This document shows positions 9,608 to 18,693 of a DNA stretch of 64,000 nt, one piece after another. Source of the DNA: a virus; the IMG/VR virus record IMGVR_UViG_3300034355_000809; one strand, given 5' to 3'. How positions within the stretch are numbered: the stretch's first letter is position 1; every line of letters begins with the position of its first letter. A program made the position numbers and the translations under genes. The notes under the pieces are model-generated. The model was not told where the DNA came from. It saw nothing but the letters and a program-made list of their open reading frames with translations, and searched no databases.

Positions 9608-11743
9608 CTACTTGGTCTCCTTTTTGGTTGTAAGGGTGTTGTGCATCCACTTGCGGATGTTCTTATCCATAGCTGGTTCAAGCTCAGCATTGTACTTACC
9701 ACGTAATTCTTCTACATGGTAATCCTTGGTGAGACGTGCATGACCAATCCATTCATTGGTATCTTTGTCTTTAAAGCCAATAATGTAGCATTCTTTATTA
9801 GCTACTCTTTCGTTGTACGCAGTGCCAATGCAGTTACCTTGTGCTGCACCCCATTCAACTAAGTCATGAGTTGTCTTTGGTGCTACAAATATAACTCCTG
9901 GCAATACCTCTTTGCCATTGAACGAGTTAATCAGCTTAGTGTTAGGAGTCTTTCGTTCAACTTGTGCATACTTGCGTGCCTCAGCAATAACAAAGTTATG
10001 TATCTCTTCTGGGTTCATCTTCTGCTGTTTAACATGAGCCACAATAGTCTTGCGCGCATTACCAAGAGGAATCTTCTTCCAGCTGTTCATTGTGTCAACA
10101 ACTATGTCCACATGGTATCGTGTATCACCAAGTGTTTGAGCAAGATATCCTTGGTACCACTTAATCGTTGAGTTCCTAAATCCAAATGTCTTAAAGAACT
10201 TATTGAAGTGATTTATTTCTTCAGTTGTAACATTAACAATTGCATCAACATGATATCGTTTTGTCTTATGATTAAAGTATCCGTCCCAACTTGCTTGCCT
10301 GTCTTTGTCAGCATCTGTTGCAACCCAGTTCTTACCTAGTTCAGTATCTGTTACAACCCAAGAAATATCCACATTGTCAAAGAACTCTCTTGGGAACAAC
10401 TTAAACATTCTTACAAGAACAATTGCAGCTTGTAGTTCCTGGAAGTGCTTGAGCTTCTTCATGCCTCCAAATGCGTTCTTTGTTAATCCCTCTTGTCCAG
10501 TCTTACCATAAGCCCGGTTAAGTATATCTACCAAGCTAGTCCTTCCATTAATCCAATACATGTCTCGTGCGTTAAAGTCATGCAACTGATTAAAGGCAGG
10601 TGTGCTAATGGCATAATTGGCTTCAGCATCTACCTTCGGCAAGTATTCAGCTATTGGCATTACATCTTTCTGTGAGTACATGCCTTCAAGCATCTCCACT
10701 ATGTGCTGAGTAATGTAACCTATTTCATGTGCATGAAGCTTGCCAAACTCTTTTTGCTGCTGAAGTGATTGCCCCCACTTAATAGCCTTAGTCTTGGTAT
10801 CTTTCACGAGCATTCGTACACCAGAAGGAGTCTTTGTTACAATCAGGATATGATTAAAGTTTCTCCTATGCGGTGGGATACTGCTATTCTTTGCAGATCC
10901 AGTCTTTGACCTATAGCTAGACTTATTGGCGTATTCTTCATTGGCCAAATAGCATGAAGTAGTTGAGGTGTTCATAATCCACCCAGTATCAGTTTCAATT
11001 AACCTAACTTCATATACTGTAGACCATTGACCCAGCTCTGCAGAATGTTCAGTCGCACGGAATTGATTAAATGTCCGTGTGTAATAACCATAACGATCCC
11101 AACGCTCTACCGTAGGCACAGTTTCATTATTATATCCAAAAGGATCATAAATGTCATTTGCGTGGTAGATTGCATTAACAATTTCAAATGCAGACATTTC
11201 ATCTGCTGGTTTCATCTTACCTCTTTCTTCTGGTGGTGTAAACATTTCATTCATCTCCTCTAGTGTTGTTTCTGGACTTTTCATTGCTTTCATGGCTATT
11301 ACCCTTTCGTTATTGTTGTTTGATATTGCTTGCATGTACATTGCATTGATTGCTGGATCTTCTAGCTGCATTTCTTTTCCTCCTTGTTTGATTATGGCTA
11401 TTACCACAAATGCATCTTGTGTTCTATATGCTCCACTGCTCCATCCATCTACTGAATCGTCGTGCCAATCTGGATATGGCGCATCATCGTCATGGAACAT
11501 TGTGGCTGGATCAAATGGTCGGACCAAATAAACATTGGCAGTTCCACCATTCTTTAGTGCTGCATTAGCTGCATATCGTTCAGCTTCTGTGATGTGGATA
11601 GTTGCATGAGCAAAGTCTTTCAACTGCTTGAGATATTTAGTTGAGTAGTTAATTGTTCCACCATGTTCAATAGCAGGGAGGATAAGGTCTCCCTCATTAA
11701 ACTTGCGGTTTGTTCCGTGGAACAGGATTGTTGGCTTATTCAT
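9608..11743 (-). CDS. Arr-like ADP-ribosyltransferase domain fused to a PcfJ-like domain
   Basis: N-terminal LFHGT...GDLILP...HAT...A..YA...VYLVRP (Arr/ART pattern); C-terminal PKTTHDLVEWGAAQGNCIG..Y (PcfJ pattern). Confidence 0.7.
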   Translation of the reverse strand: MNKPTILFHGTNRKFNEGDLILPAIEHGGTINYSTKYLKQLKDFAHATIHITEAERYAANAALKNGGTANVYLVRPFDPATMFHDDDAPYPDWHDDSVDGWSSGAYRTQDAFVVIAIIKQGGKEMQLEDPAINAMYMQAISNNNNERVIAMKAMKSPETTLEEMNEMFTPPEERGKMKPADEMSAFEIVNAIYHANDIYDPFGYNNETVPTVERWDRYGYYTRTFNQFRATEHSAELGQWSTVYEVRLIETDTGWIMNTSTTSCYLANEEYANKSSYRSKTGSAKNSSIPPHRRNFNHILIVTKTPSGVRMLVKDTKTKAIKWGQSLQQQKEFGKLHAHEIGYITQHIVEMLEGMYSQKDVMPIAEYLPKVDAEANYAISTPAFNQLHDFNARDMYWINGRTSLVDILNRAYGKTGQEGLTKNAFGGMKKLKHFQELQAAIVLVRMFKLFPREFFDNVDISWVVTDTELGKNWVATDADKDRQASWDGYFNHKTKRYHVDAIVNVTTEEINHFNKFFKTFGFRNSTIKWYQGYLAQTLGDTRYHVDIVVDTMNSWKKIPLGNARKTIVAHVKQQKMNPEEIHNFVIAEARKYAQVERKTPNTKLINSFNGKEVLPGVIFVAPKTTHDLVEWGAAQGNCIGTAYNERVANKECYIIGFKDKDTNEWIGHARLTKDYHVEELRGKYNAELEPAMDKNIRKWMHNTLTTKKETK

Positions 11744-12057
11744 TATTTGTCTCCTTTGTTGTTAATGGTTCGATATGGACGGCCATACTTTTCAATGAAG
11801 ATGGCGTTCACTATTGCCATACCTTCTTCAAATGTGCATGGTTGATCATCAAGACCAAGAGGTAGTTGTGCACCACCGTTAGTCCTCATGTTCTTCTTTG
11901 CTGCTGCTTGATTCATTGTCTTCCTCCAGTTAATCTGCTTTATTAGCCTTGCAGCTTTCAATGGAGCATTTACTTCCTTATGCTTAGGACAGTTCTCACT
12001 GCGTAAGCATTGCTTACCTTCTTTTGTTACTGAAGCACATCGTGGTGATGTACGCAT
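11743..12057 (-). CDS. hypothetical protein with N-terminal C-x8-C...C..H motif
   Basis: AAGGAGG SD; RCASVTKEGKQC....CPKH. Confidence 0.7.
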   Translation of the reverse strand: MRTSPRCASVTKEGKQCLRSENCPKHKEVNAPLKAARLIKQINWRKTMNQAAAKKNMRTNGGAQLPLGLDDQPCTFEEGMAIVNAIFIEKYGRPYRTINNKGDK

Positions 12058-12106
12058 GATTATCCTCCTTAGGATAGTTTGTGCTAGAGGTTATCCTTCT
12101 AGTCAT

Positions 12107-12144
12107 AAAAAAAATATCCCCAGGGACCGAAGTCCCCAGGGATA
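12107..12144 (-). terminator. intrinsic terminator
   Basis: Minus strand TATCCCTGGGGAC-TTCG-GTCCCTGGGGATA followed by a T-run (cUUCGg tetraloop). Confidence 0.8.
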
Positions 12145-12173
12145 CTCTTATTACCCGTGTGTGTATAAGGTTG

Positions 12174-12632
12174 TTATTTCCTTATTTTTGTTTTGCTGCT
12201 GGATTGTGGACGAGGCAAGCAGTTGTGAACACAAAGACTTGTGCTCGCGCTGTTACCATGGCATTGAGGGCCATGTTTCTTGTCCACCTTGGAGCGACGC
12301 TTCTTATTTTCCAACTCCTCTTGAAACAAGAGTAATTGGTTAAGATTATCGTCCTCTAAGCAATCATCGAAGGAATCATCAATGTCATCAAAGCGTTCGC
12401 TATCTGTAATAGCTAAGCCTTGACGGATTGAAAGCCCATCTTTGACCAACTTATCCATCTTTATTTGCAACTCTAATTTATCTAGAGCAGCAACAAAGTG
12501 GTCAGCTGCATCCTGGATAAGATCCTGGATAGCTGCCTTCTTCTTGTCCGCAACAAGAGTAAGCACAGCAGAGATGATCTGCGGTGTGTATACTCCGATG
12601 AAGAAGACAAGAGCCAATGTATATATCGTCAT
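12174..12632 (-). CDS. membrane-anchored hypothetical protein
   Basis: GGGAGG + ATG (MTIYTLALVFFIG...); one transmembrane segment and an acidic central region. Confidence 0.65.
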   Translation of the reverse strand: MTIYTLALVFFIGVYTPQIISAVLTLVADKKKAAIQDLIQDAADHFVAALDKLELQIKMDKLVKDGLSIRQGLAITDSERFDDIDDSFDDCLEDDNLNQLLLFQEELENKKRRSKVDKKHGPQCHGNSASTSLCVHNCLPRPQSSSKTKIRK

Positions 12633-12671
12633 AGTGTACCTCCCAGTACCTAATAGATATACACACACGGG

Positions 12672-12761
12672 ACTCTATGTTTAACCTGCTAGAGTTAACG
12701 CAGGGATCATGAATTTAACGTCTACCAATAGACGGGGCAGTTTAACGACGTACCCAGGTCG
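12672..12761 (-). ncRNA. tandem hairpin/H-type pseudoknot elements with a UUAAA linker
   Basis: CGAC-CTGGGTAC-GTCG-TTAAAC-TGCCC (12735-12761); CGTCTA-TTGG-TAGACG-TTAAA; CCTGC-GTTAACTCTA-GCAGG-TTAAAC-ATAGAGT (12672-12704). Confidence 0.6.
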
Positions 12762-12766
12762 ATTAC

Positions 12767-13036
12767 TTACTTAGTTGGGAATATAACCAATTGTCCGTGA
12801 CGGATCTGGTCTTGCCCACCATTGAACTCGATGAGCTGACTTATTCTGTCCTGCTTGTTCAACCCGCCCTTGCAATCAGCTTGGGAATCAAGGGTCCAGA
12901 AAGAGTCGCCATAAGTAGCAACGACACTATCCTTACTGCAGGTTACTGACTGAACACCCCATATACCGAACAAGCCAATGGCAAGGCCGGCAATAAGGGC
13001 AACTAACATACCAACAAGCGCTTTGCCTGTAGACAT
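12767..13036 (-). CDS. membrane protein with LysM-like domain
   Basis: N-terminal TM helix; VATYGDSFWTL...LIEFNG...IRHGQLVIFP matches the LysM pattern. Confidence 0.65.
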   Translation of the reverse strand: MSTGKALVGMLVALIAGLAIGLFGIWGVQSVTCSKDSVVATYGDSFWTLDSQADCKGGLNKQDRISQLIEFNGGQDQIRHGQLVIFPTK

Positions 13037-13070
13037 GGATATCTCCTTTGTTTGTGGTTGATTATAAGGT

Positions 13071-13097
13071 AGGCAGTTTAACGACGTACCTAGGTCG
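13071..13097 (-). ncRNA. second copy of the pseudoknot element
   Basis: CGAC-CTAGGTAC-GTCG-TTAAAC-TGCCT; the two differences from the 12735-12761 copy form one compensatory G-C to A-U pair. Confidence 0.65.
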
Positions 13098-13108
13098 TAG
13101 GTAGCTAA

Positions 13109-13684
13109 TTAGCTAGCTATCCTGTATATGCACTTATGGATGTTGATACCATTGTGCTCTAGTATCCACTGGCGTGAGTACTCAGGAATGCGCTCATTCT
13201 GCATCATTTCCCTGTACTGCCATGATCCTAGTTTTGTCATGGTGGTTACCTGTATCTCACCTCGGTTACCTGATATGTAATTCAGCCAAATTACAGTACC
13301 ATTCTCCTTAGCGAATACGTAGTATGCACCGTTACCAAACAGCACACGATTAGCCATAGCAGCCTCCACCAATTGAGCAACGAAGTACTCCATTGATGAA
13401 CCAGTATGTGTAGCCTCATAGCTCTCTGTGTGTGCTGTACGTAGGAAGTCAAGTAGGCTAGATGCTACATGGTGTTCAGTGTGCATGGTACCCTCGTAGT
13501 GAGGCACCTCTTCTACTGTGTTGTGTATAGTATCTACTACTAGCTTCTTGCCATACTCATTGATGTACCATAGGGCACCATTACCGTAGTAATAGCGTCC
13601 CTCTAGTGCAGCGGAGATTACCCGCATGAATAGGTCATATGCTGTATCTGACAGCACATGTTTGTTGGTTGTGTAAGTAGCCAA
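13109..13684 (-). CDS. hypothetical protein with an internal duplication (YGNGALWY / FGNGAYY)
   Basis: AAGGAGG + TTG start; two similar halves. Confidence 0.7.
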   Translation of the reverse strand: MATYTTNKHVLSDTAYDLFMRVISAALEGRYYYGNGALWYINEYGKKLVVDTIHNTVEEVPHYEGTMHTEHHVASSLLDFLRTAHTESYEATHTGSSMEYFVAQLVEAAMANRVLFGNGAYYVFAKENGTVIWLNYISGNRGEIQVTTMTKLGSWQYREMMQNERIPEYSRQWILEHNGINIHKCIYRIAS

Positions 13685-14008
13685 GTAAGGCCCTCCTTAG
13701 TACACACTATTAAGGCTTGTGTGTCTCCTAGTTAACTTGTTTGACTTGGGTTAACCAATAACCAAGGGTCACAGACATTTAATGTCGATCTGATGAGACA
13801 TACTAAGGGGTATACCCCCGTGGGCGCGTTAAAGATATTTAAAGTATCTATACTACCCTTAGTACCATCTCACTATTTTCTAGTATTTTCATAAGCTTAG
13901 AGTTTTATACATGTTTATAGAAGTCCCTTCGCCCTCAAAAAATTTTCCCTAAAAAAATCCCTATTAGGAGTTGTTTTTGTGATACACACCTGCTAGTGTG
14001 ATTCGCGC

Positions 14009-14215
14009 ATGATACAAACCACACAAACCAAGGAGAATAACATCATGTCAGACATACACAGCTACTCAATGCCAATAGAAGATATGGCTAGAATAGAAAC
14101 GCCCGAAGAAATGAGAGAGTTTCTAGAGTCCTACGATATGGGGTCCTTTGACCTAGATGATAAAAGATATGACTACGATATGGACAACTACGAATACGAA
14201 TCATACAACTACTAA
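14009..14215 (+). CDS. small acidic hypothetical protein
   Basis: First gene of the right arm; AAGGAG precedes internal ATG 14045. Confidence 0.6.
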   Translation: MIQTTQTKENNIMSDIHSYSMPIEDMARIETPEEMREFLESYDMGSFDLDDKRYDYDMDNYEYESYNY

Positions 14216-14266
14216 TATCTTATTATTATTTTAATATCAAGCTCAACAAAAGAAAGACAACTACAA

Positions 14267-14821
14267 ATGGAAACAACAATGCCTAATAACTTAGTGATAT
14301 GTTCAGATAAGTTCTTGAGAACAAAAGCTCCATGGAAGATAGATGATAGCTTAATGGGTCAGCTCAAACACGACCACATGGTAGCTACCTTTGATTCATC
14401 TCTCTATGGTGGTGATTATGATCAGTTACGTAAAGACATAGCTAAACCTATAAAAAATATTACAAACAAGTACGAGTTTGATCACATCGTGTTCATTGGT
14501 ATTGGCGACGACTGTCAACTGGCTAGTTCTTTATATGTTAGAAATGGTGTTGAGATAGATACAATATTTCTAGTCAATAACCCATTTGACACAAAGCTAT
14601 ATAATTCAATCTTTGCGCAGTGTGCAATTTACAATTTATATACCCGTCCAGAACTATCCAATAGATACTTCGAAGGAGCAGAGGCTAATCAGTACATTAA
14701 GACGCGCATACCAGCTCACATGTCCAATAGAGTGGCATTAGAGATCAGTGGCTTGTTAATGTACGATAGATACTGTGTAGATTACTTTACACCAGTAGAG
14801 TCACAATTAGTAACTCTCTAG
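14267..14821 (+). CDS. hypothetical protein (possibly a degenerate alpha/beta-hydrolase fold)
   Basis: 184-aa ORF; HIVFIGIGDDC sits where a nucleophile elbow would be. Confidence 0.6.
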   Translation: METTMPNNLVICSDKFLRTKAPWKIDDSLMGQLKHDHMVATFDSSLYGGDYDQLRKDIAKPIKNITNKYEFDHIVFIGIGDDCQLASSLYVRNGVEIDTIFLVNNPFDTKLYNSIFAQCAIYNLYTRPELSNRYFEGAEANQYIKTRIPAHMSNRVALEISGLLMYDRYCVDYFTPVESQLVTL

Positions 14822-15108
14822 TCGAAGTCGTTCTTATTAAACTGTAATACATTAGGCAAACTTACATCCATATTGCGGACCACCTCTTCAGGAGACTGAG
14901 AGGTGAGTTCGCTTATATCACATACCATCATCCACTGATCTTTGGTAAATACCGTCATTGTATAGATCTCATCATCATCAGTGTGAACTGTGACTATAAC
15001 GTCTTCTAAGGCGTCATCGGTTTCAAACTCGAAGTCAGGCATTGGTTCCTGAGCGTATTTACGCCCTTCTAAAAACTTCTGTATCATCTTAAAGAAGAAA
15101 TCCATCAT
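14818..15108 (-). CDS. acidic hypothetical protein
   Basis: 96-aa ORF. Confidence 0.65.
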   Translation of the reverse strand: MMDFFFKMIQKFLEGRKYAQEPMPDFEFETDDALEDVIVTVHTDDDEIYTMTVFTKDQWMMVCDISELTSQSPEEVVRNMDVSLPNVLQFNKNDFD

Positions 15109-15195
15109 AGAGACCTACTTTGATATTTTAAAAAAAATAAATGAAATTTTTGGCGGCGGACGACTTCTTCAATAGTACTTCAAAAAGAAGTAAGA

Positions 15196-15483
15196 TCAAT
15201 CATTCCTATCACGCTTATAGAGATAAACATCATCAAGCATCAAATCGATAGCGTCAGCCAAAGAGTTGAGACGAGCTTCCAATTTATCTATATCAAAACC
15301 AGTCTTTTCCTTAGGCTTAGGTTCAATACGTCTTTTAGCGACTTTTGGTTCATATACGGTTCTGTGTTCAGATATCATGTCTAATAGGTGATTAACATCA
15401 TAATCTTTTTGGATACGATTCCAAGCTTCTGTATTACTCCAGTTTTCGAAATCTTTCCACATATCTTCAAAATCTTTACTCAT
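15196..15483 (-). CDS. hypothetical protein
   Basis: 95-aa ORF overlapping the upstream Zn-ribbon gene. Confidence 0.65.
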   Translation of the reverse strand: MSKDFEDMWKDFENWSNTEAWNRIQKDYDVNHLLDMISEHRTVYEPKVAKRRIEPKPKEKTGFDIDKLEARLNSLADAIDLMLDDVYLYKRDRND

Positions 15484-15637
15484 CTACTAACTCCGTCCAC
15501 TTTTCTCCGCATTCACGGCATTCGATTCCATATTTAGTATTATCATCTTTTTTACCCAAGTGGGTAACTATAAAATTAGTTGGAATTGGGCAATCTGCAC
15601 AAGGATCAATTTCTAGGTCAATCCTATTACTTGGCAT
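15476..15637 (-). CDS. small Zn-ribbon protein (53 aa)
   Basis: MPSNRIDLEIDPCADCP...IECRECGEKWTE; overlaps the recA stop; not in the ORF track. Confidence 0.7.
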   Translation of the reverse strand: MPSNRIDLEIDPCADCPIPTNFIVTHLGKKDDNTKYGIECRECGEKWTELVDE

Positions 15638-16610
15638 CTCGAATCTTCTCTTTCATCTCCATAAAGGTATCTTCATTCTCTCTAAGGTGATTAATAGCAT
15701 TTTCTCTACCCTGAGCAAACAATTCGCCGTTGTAATAGATCCATGCGCCCTTTTGAGTTAAAATGCCGGCATCTAGTGCAACATCTAAAACGCAACCATG
15801 CTCATCAATGCCTTTGCCATAAAGAATGGAGAACTCGGTTACTTTCATAGGTGGTGCCATCTTATTTTTAATAATCTTAACTTTAGATACAATACCTACT
15901 GAGTTGCCGGCCTTATCCTTGATATCTTCTCTTTTTCTAATATCAATACGAACAGATGCAGCGTACTTTAGTGCCATGCCACCTGGAGTGGTTTCTGGGT
16001 TACCAAACATTACACCAATCTTGTTTCTAAGCTGATTTATAAACACTAGGAGCGTCTTATGGGTATTTGCCTGTCCAACTAGCTTTCTCATGGCTTTGGC
16101 CATCATACGAGCTTGTAGACCCATCTGAGCCGATTCCATGTCACCCTCTAGCTCTGCTTTTGGAATTAAGCTTGCAACTGAGTCAATAATGATGACTCCA
16201 AGCTCTCCTGTAGCAACTAGCTTGTCTACGATCTCTAGTGCTTGCTCGCCGTAGTCTGGCTGGGTAAAGACTAATTCATCTACATCAACTCCAACAGCTT
16301 TCATATAAACTGGGTCCAATGCATGTTCTGCGTCTACATACGCGCACGTGATACCAAGCTTTTGTGCTTGAGCAACAATTGATAAAGCAAGTGTTGATTT
16401 ACCAGAAGACTCTGGTCCATAGATCTCAACTATTCTACCTCTTGGTAGTCCGCCAATTCCGAGTATTCTATCAAGTGATAAAGCACCAGTTGGGATTGAT
16501 GGCCACGGTTCAAAGTCTGATGAACCCAATTTCATTACCGAGCCGGCACCATATTGTCTATCTATTTGAGCTATGGCCAACTCAAGTTGTTTTGATATTG
16601 CTTCAGTCAT
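15627..16610 (-). CDS. recA: RecA recombinase
   Basis: GGLPRGRIVEIYGPESSGKST, DAEHALDP, IDSVA, FINQLRNKIGVMFGNPETTPGGMALK; TGATAAACT just upstream of the ATG (leaderless-type). Confidence 0.97.
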   Translation of the reverse strand: MTEAISKQLELAIAQIDRQYGAGSVMKLGSSDFEPWPSIPTGALSLDRILGIGGLPRGRIVEIYGPESSGKSTLALSIVAQAQKLGITCAYVDAEHALDPVYMKAVGVDVDELVFTQPDYGEQALEIVDKLVATGELGVIIIDSVASLIPKAELEGDMESAQMGLQARMMAKAMRKLVGQANTHKTLLVFINQLRNKIGVMFGNPETTPGGMALKYAASVRIDIRKREDIKDKAGNSVGIVSKVKIIKNKMAPPMKVTEFSILYGKGIDEHGCVLDVALDAGILTQKGAWIYYNGELFAQGRENAINHLRENEDTFMEMKEKIRDAK

Positions 16611-16629
16611 GACTATAGTTTATCACTTT

Positions 16630-16806
16630 CTACTGACGTGAATCAAGCTGCTGCTCAATTGTTTTGATTTTATAAATTATATTTTGTTTTATCTGTAAAA
16701 ACTGTCTTCTTGTTTGCGGATCAGAACCAAGCAAAGCATTTGACACTTTATTTAAAAGGGTATATAACTTTTTCAATTCTTCGTTGTTTGTGTTAACTCT
16801 ATACAT
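16630..16806 (-). CDS. small hypothetical protein (58 aa)
   Basis: GAGG + ATG; MYRVNTNNEELKKLY... Confidence 0.55.
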   Translation of the reverse strand: MYRVNTNNEELKKLYTLLNKVSNALLGSDPQTRRQFLQIKQNIIYKIKTIEQQLDSRQ

Positions 16807-16869
16807 CTTTTCCTCGAAGGTATCGTGATATAATGAAGGCGCAAAGTATACACCATAAACGGAGAAGTG

Positions 16870-17022
16870 ATGAATAGAAAAATAGACCTAAACCCTGATT
16901 ACATCAGAGCTGTGCATCTACTAGAGAACAAGATTAAGAACCCGTTTGATTTAATTAAACTTTGGTCGATTTTTGGCCCTTGTATAGAAAATCATCCAGA
17001 CATCGAAAATATTCGTAGATAA
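16870..17022 (+). CDS. small hypothetical protein (50 aa)
   Basis: TGATATAAT promoter at about 16827, GGAG SD, MNRKIDLNPDY... Confidence 0.55.
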   Translation: MNRKIDLNPDYIRAVHLLENKIKNPFDLIKLWSIFGPCIENHPDIENIRR

Positions 17023-17152
17023 CTTGACAAGAATTTGACAGTGTGTGTATACTGGGTATACGAGAGCTCTAGCCAAAAGAATACGCTAAAGTCTTATAAT
17101 ATTTTGTGTATGCATACACTGTCCTAATTCTGACCAAAGTAATACTTTTGAA

Positions 17153-17159
17153 TTACTAT
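17153..17159 (+). promoter_or_regulatory. TTACTAT candidate late promoter (first of 8 copies)
   Basis: Same or one-mismatch heptamer 29-49 nt before starts, at 17153, 18658, 32779, 35603, 39327, 47974, 55992, 62646. Confidence 0.65.
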
Positions 17160-17188
17160 TAAGTAAGAATAAAAAGAATCGAGGACAA

Positions 17189-18655
17189 ATGAAGATATAT
17201 CAGATATATGTTCCTGAACTTGCCACGTATGCAAAGTTCAAAGTCCTAGAACCAGAAAGTTTAGAAGACTTTATTTCTGAATACAAAAAAGAAAGTAAGA
17301 AGATAGATATTCTTTCTTTCAGGAAAAAAGTAATTGAAACTTTTGTTTTTAACCTAAAGTCAGATATTACAGATGCCTTGCGTTTAATGACTAAGCAAGC
17401 AGCTCAAGCATGTCTAGATTCCTTATTTACCGGATGCATTATGCTGAACCCCGGCTTAGACATTGACATGTGGCTAAACATAGCCTATACAGGAGTGCCT
17501 GAAGATATTGGTCCTATGGACCTAGATGACGACATTTCATCGGCATTTTTAAACTCACTAAAGAACATGCGTTCTAAGTTTCCAAAACTAGATGCTGAAG
17601 ATTACCCATTTGACACTAAGGGTAAAACAAAGCCTAAGATTAAGCAAATTTCAAAGCAGAAGTATCTTGGTTTAAAGAATCACCTAAATTCTAATATTAT
17701 TGGACAAGATGCTGCAATAGAATCTGTTGTTTCATCTCTTAGGAGGTCACAAGCTGGTTTAAGCGATAATGATAGGCCACTTGGTGTATTTCTATTTGCT
17801 GGTTCTTCAGGAGTCGGAAAAACTCATTTGGCAAACGTTTTGCATAAATATCTATTTGGAAGTGACTATCCTATGGTTAGAATTGACTGTGGAGAATATC
17901 AACACAAACATGAGAACCAGAAGTTAATTGGCTCCCCTCCAGGATATGTTGGACACGACGAAGGTGGACAATTAGTTAATACAATTAAACAATTTCCTTC
18001 AAGTGTAGTATTGCTTGACGAAGTTGAAAAAGCTCACCCAGATCTTTGGAACACATTCTTGAGAGTATTTGATGACGGTGTTTTAACAGATTCAAAAGGT
18101 GAAGTGGTTGATTTTAAAAATACAATTATTATTATGACCACAAACTTAGGAAATGATAAAACTAGCGAACATCTTCTTGCCGGCGGTACTGGCTTTAATA
18201 GAGATGTTAATTATAAGACTGGTACTAAAAAAATTCCAGAAAGATCTATTCTTGAAAGAAATACGAATGACGGCATTAAAAAGCACTTTAAACCAGAGTT
18301 TTTAAATAGAATTGATAAAGTTGTTATATTTAATTATTTATCTGAATCAGATTGTCAAACGATTGCGCAGTTAGAAATGTCAATCATTGCAGACAAGATG
18401 AGAAAGAAGGGTTATTCTTTTGAGTATAATCAAAATGTAATTGAAGGTTTAATAGACAAGGGCATAGATAGCATTAAAGGCGCACGTGGTTTGGCTCAAA
18501 TAAGAAGAGAATTGATGGAGTCTCCACTTGCTGACAGCATGATTAATACCGTAATTCCAAGAGGAAGTATATTCCAGATGTACTATGAAGATGAGGCTTT
18601 TAAATTTAGTATTCAAAAACCTATCAAAAAAACAGGTCTATTAAAAGAAGTTTAA
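17189..18655 (+). CDS. ClpA/ClpB-family AAA+ ATPase (single D2-type module)
   Basis: IIGQDAAI, RPLGVFLFAGSSGVGKT, KLIGSPPGYVG, VVLLDEVEKAHPD, FKPEFLNRID, GARGL. Confidence 0.92.
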   Translation: MKIYQIYVPELATYAKFKVLEPESLEDFISEYKKESKKIDILSFRKKVIETFVFNLKSDITDALRLMTKQAAQACLDSLFTGCIMLNPGLDIDMWLNIAYTGVPEDIGPMDLDDDISSAFLNSLKNMRSKFPKLDAEDYPFDTKGKTKPKIKQISKQKYLGLKNHLNSNIIGQDAAIESVVSSLRRSQAGLSDNDRPLGVFLFAGSSGVGKTHLANVLHKYLFGSDYPMVRIDCGEYQHKHENQKLIGSPPGYVGHDEGGQLVNTIKQFPSSVVLLDEVEKAHPDLWNTFLRVFDDGVLTDSKGEVVDFKNTIIIMTTNLGNDKTSEHLLAGGTGFNRDVNYKTGTKKIPERSILERNTNDGIKKHFKPEFLNRIDKVVIFNYLSESDCQTIAQLEMSIIADKMRKKGYSFEYNQNVIEGLIDKGIDSIKGARGLAQIRRELMESPLADSMINTVIPRGSIFQMYYEDEAFKFSIQKPIKKTGLLKEV

Positions 18656-18693
18656 CATTACTATTACTACAATCAAACAAACTAAGAGGTTTT

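Noticed and set aside
12672-13097. CRISPR mini-array from the 27-bp near-identical repeats
   Set aside because: Only two copies, 336 bp apart with a gene between them; pseudoknot covariation explains them better.
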